Shown: one piece after another, positions 61,101 to 64,000 of the stretch
Numbering within the stretch: position 1 is the first letter of the stretch
Layout: each line of letters starts with the position of its first letter
Assembly (NCBI GenBank): GCA_051313645.2
Contig: JBNRSN020000129.1
Coordinates: 1,984,001 to 2,048,000 of the forward strand
Direction of reading: 5' to 3'
Source of the DNA: Centroscyllium fabricii
Taxonomy: Eukaryota
DNA: 64,000 bases
Notes under the pieces: generated by a model
Database searches by the model: none
What the model was told of the DNA's origin: nothing
What the model saw: the letters and a program-made list of their open reading frames with translations, nothing else
Position numbers and translations under genes: made by a program

Positions 61101-64000
61101 TGGGCAGCGTGTTTGGGTGTGAACACTGTGTGCAGGAGTGGGCAGCGTGTATAGGTGTGAACACTGTGTGTAGGTGTGTGTATAGGTGTGAACACTGTGT
61201 AAGTGTGAGCAGTGGGTGTATAGGTGTGAACACTGTGTATAGGTGTGAGCAGTGTTTGTATAGGTGTGAACACTGTGTGTAGGTGTGTGTATAGGTGTGA
61301 ACACTGTGTGTAGGTGTGATCAGTGTGTGTATAGGTGTGAACACTGTGTATAGGTGTGAGCAGTGTGTGTATAGGTGTGAACACTGTGTGTAGGTGTGAG
61401 CAGTGTGTATAGGTGTGAACACTGTGTGTAGGTGTGAGCAGTGTGTGTATAGCTGTGAACACTGTGTAGGTGTGAGCAGTGTGTATAGGTGTGAACACTG
61501 TGTGTAGGTGAGCAGTGTGTGTGTATAGGTGTGAACACTGTGTAGGTGCGAGCAGTGTGTGTGTATAGGTGTGAACGCTGTGTAGGTGTGAGCAGTGTGT
61601 ATAAGTGTGAACACTGTGTGTAGGTGTGAGCAGTTGTGTATAGGTGTGAACAGTGTGTGTAGGTGAGCAGTGTGTGTGTATAGGTGTGAACACTGTGTAG
61701 GTGTGAGCAGTGTCTATAGGTGTGAACACTGTGTAGGTGTGAGCAGTGTGTGTAGGTGTGAGCAGTGTGTATAGGTGTGAGCAGTGTGTATAGGTGTGAA
61801 CACTGTGTGTAGGTGTGAGTAGTGTGTGTATATAGGTGTGAACAGTGTGTAGGTGTGAGCAGTGTGTGTGTATAGGTGTGAACACTGTGTAAGTGTGAGC
61901 AGTGTGTGTGTAGGTGTGAACACTGTGTGTAGGTGTGAGCAGTGTGTATAGGTGTGAACACTGTGTGTAGGTGTGAGCAGTGTGTGTATATAGGTGTGAA
62001 CAGTGTGTAGGTGTGAGCAGTGTGTGTATATAGGTGTCAACACTGTGTAGGTGTGAGCAGTGTGTGTGTATAGGTGTGAACACTGTGTGTAGGTGTGAGC
62101 AGTGTGTGTGTATAGGTGTGAACACTGTGTGAATAGGTGTGAGCAGTGTGTGTGTATAGGTGTGAACACTATGTGTAGGTGTGAATGCTGTGTGTAGGTG
62201 TGAGCAGTGTGTGTATAAGTGTGAACACTGTGTAGGTGTGAGCAGTGTGTGTGTATAGGTGTGAACACTGTGTGTAGGTATGAGCAGTGTGTGTGTGTAT
62301 AGGTGTGAACACTGTGTAGGTGTGAGCAGTGTGTGTATAGGTGTGAACACTGTGTGTAGGTGTGAGCAGTGTGTGTGTATCGGTGTGAACACTGTGTAGG
62401 TGTGAGCAGTGTGTGTGTATAGGTGTGAACACTGTGTAGGTGTGAGCAGTGTGTGTGTATAGGTGTGAACACTGTGTAGGTGTGAGCAGTGTGTGTGTAT
62501 AGGTGTGAACAGTGTGTAGGTGTGAGCAGTGTGTTTGTATAGGTGTGAACACTGTGTGTAGATGTGAGCAGTGTGTGTGTATAGGTGTGAACAGTGTGTA
62601 GGTGTGAGCAGTGTGTTTGTATAGGTGTGGACACTGTGTAGGTGTGAGCAGTGTGTGTGTATAGGTGTGGACACTGTGTAGGCGTGAGCAGTGTGTGTGA
62701 ATAGGTGTGAGCAGTGTGTGTCTATAGGTGTGAACACTGTGTGTAGGTGTGAACACTGTGTGTAGGTGTGAGCAGTGTGTGTATAGGTGTGAACACTGTG
62801 TAGGTGTGAGCAGTGTGTGTATAGGTGTGAACACTGTGTGTAGATGTGAGCAGCGTGTATAGGTGTGAACACTTTGTGTAGGTGTGGGCAGCGTGTATAG
62901 GTGTGAACACTGTGTGTAGGTGTGTGTATAGGTGTGAACACTGTGTATAGGTGTGAGCAGTGTGTGTATAGGTGTGAACACTGTGTGTAGGTGTGTGTAT
63001 ATGTGTGAACACTGTGTGTAGGTGTGATCAGTGTGTGTATAGGTGTGAACACTGTGTATAGGTGTGAGCAGTGTGTGTATAGGTGTGAACACTGTGTGTA
63101 GGTGTGAGCAGTGTGTATAGGTGTGAACACTGTGTGTAGGTGTGAGCAGTGTGTGTATAGCTATGAACACTGTGTAGGTGTGAGCAGTGTATAGGTGTGA
63201 ACACTGTGTGTAGGTGAGCAGTGTGTGTGTATAGGTGTGAACACTGTGTAGGTGTGAGCAGTGTGTATAGGTGTGAACACTGTGTGTAGGTGTGAGCAGT
63301 GTGTATAGGTGTGAACACTGTGTGTAGGTGTGAACAGTGTCTGTAGGTGTGAGCAGTGTGTGTGTATAGGTGTGAACACTGTGTGTAGTTGTGAGCAGTG
63401 TGTGTGTATAGGTGTGAACACTGTGTATAGGTGTGAACACTGTGTGTAGGTGTGAGCAGTGTGTGTATAGGTGTGAACACTGTGTAGGTGTGAGCAGTGT
63501 GTTTAGGTGTGAACACTGTGTATAGGTGTGAGCAGTGTGTTTATAGGTGTGAACACTGTGTAGGTGTGAGCAGTGTGTGTATAAGTGTAAACACTGTGTG
63601 TAGGTGTCAGCAGTGGGTGTGTATAGGTGTGAACACTGTGTATAGGTGTGAACACTGTGTGTAGCTGTGAGCAGTGTGTGTATAGGTGTGAACACTGCGT
63701 AGGTGTGAGCAGTGTGTGTATAGGTGTGAACACTGTGTATAGGTGTGAACACTGTGTGTAGGTGTGAGCAGTGTGTGTATAGGTGTGAACACTGTGTAGG
63801 TGTGAGCAGTGTGTGTATAGGTGTGAACAGTGTGTAGGTGTGAGCAGTGTGAACACTGTGTATAAGTGTGAGCAGTGTGTTTATAGGTGTGAACACTGTG
63901 TAGGTGTGAGCAGTGGGTTTATAGGTGTGAACACTGTGTAGGTGTGAGCAGTGTGTGTATAGGTGTGAACACTGTGTATAGGTGTGAACACTGTGTGTAG
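46183..64000 (+). repeat. TG-rich satellite array, right domain, with higher-order offsets 3519, 2867/2901 (sum 5768) and 3442
   Basis: Same dimer. ORF-track twins 52033/55552 and 52426/55945 (+3519), 54910/57777/60678, 54293/60061 (+5768), 60061/63503 (+3442). Confidence 0.97.

Noticed and set aside
1612-63896. Very long - strand ORFs (up to 2314 aa) rich in His/Thr/Cys, and short + strand Cys/Val ORFs
   Set aside because: They are translations of the satellite. The + strand consensus lacks TTA, CTA and TCA, so all three - frames stay open, and the frames interconvert with each 2-bp TG slip. They are not zinc-finger or metallothionein genes.
1-64000. CRISPR-like repeat/spacer array next to a reverse transcriptase (or a retron/DGR-type system)
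   Set aside because: The sequence between conserved cores is only variable-length TG, not unique spacers. There are no cas genes, and the RT is a eukaryotic LINE ORF2.
1-64000. Telomeric repeat or G-quadruplex array
   Set aside because: No (TTAGGG)n is present. The satellite has only GG doublets ~20 bp apart, so the TAGG resemblance is superficial.

Overview
Eukaryotic, probably teleost-fish (inference), repeat-dominated DNA with no recognisable host gene. About 56 kb is one G/T-skewed satellite made of two related ~19-23 bp subunits, TAGGTGTGAGCAG(TG)nTA and TAGGTGTGAACAC(TG)n (~40 bp dimer), arranged in nested higher-order repeats from 357 bp to 8,142 bp. Two young, 5'-truncated, ~99.4% identical copies of an APE-type non-LTR retrotransposon interrupt it (19766-22680 and 37319-40432). 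Both have an intact RT, a CCHC knuckle, a 3' stem-loop and a (TGAAAG)n tail; the clade is probably RTEX. They are independent insertions in the same orientation, both in or at the end of the (GT)5 run after GAGCA, and empty paralogous sites survive in the array. This suggests a satellite- or (GT)n-preferring LINE. A ~0.8 kb unique island plus a 24-bp minisatellite (44205-46182) also splits the array. The long His/Thr/Cys ORFs in the ORF track are satellite artefacts. All counts and alignments were done by eye.
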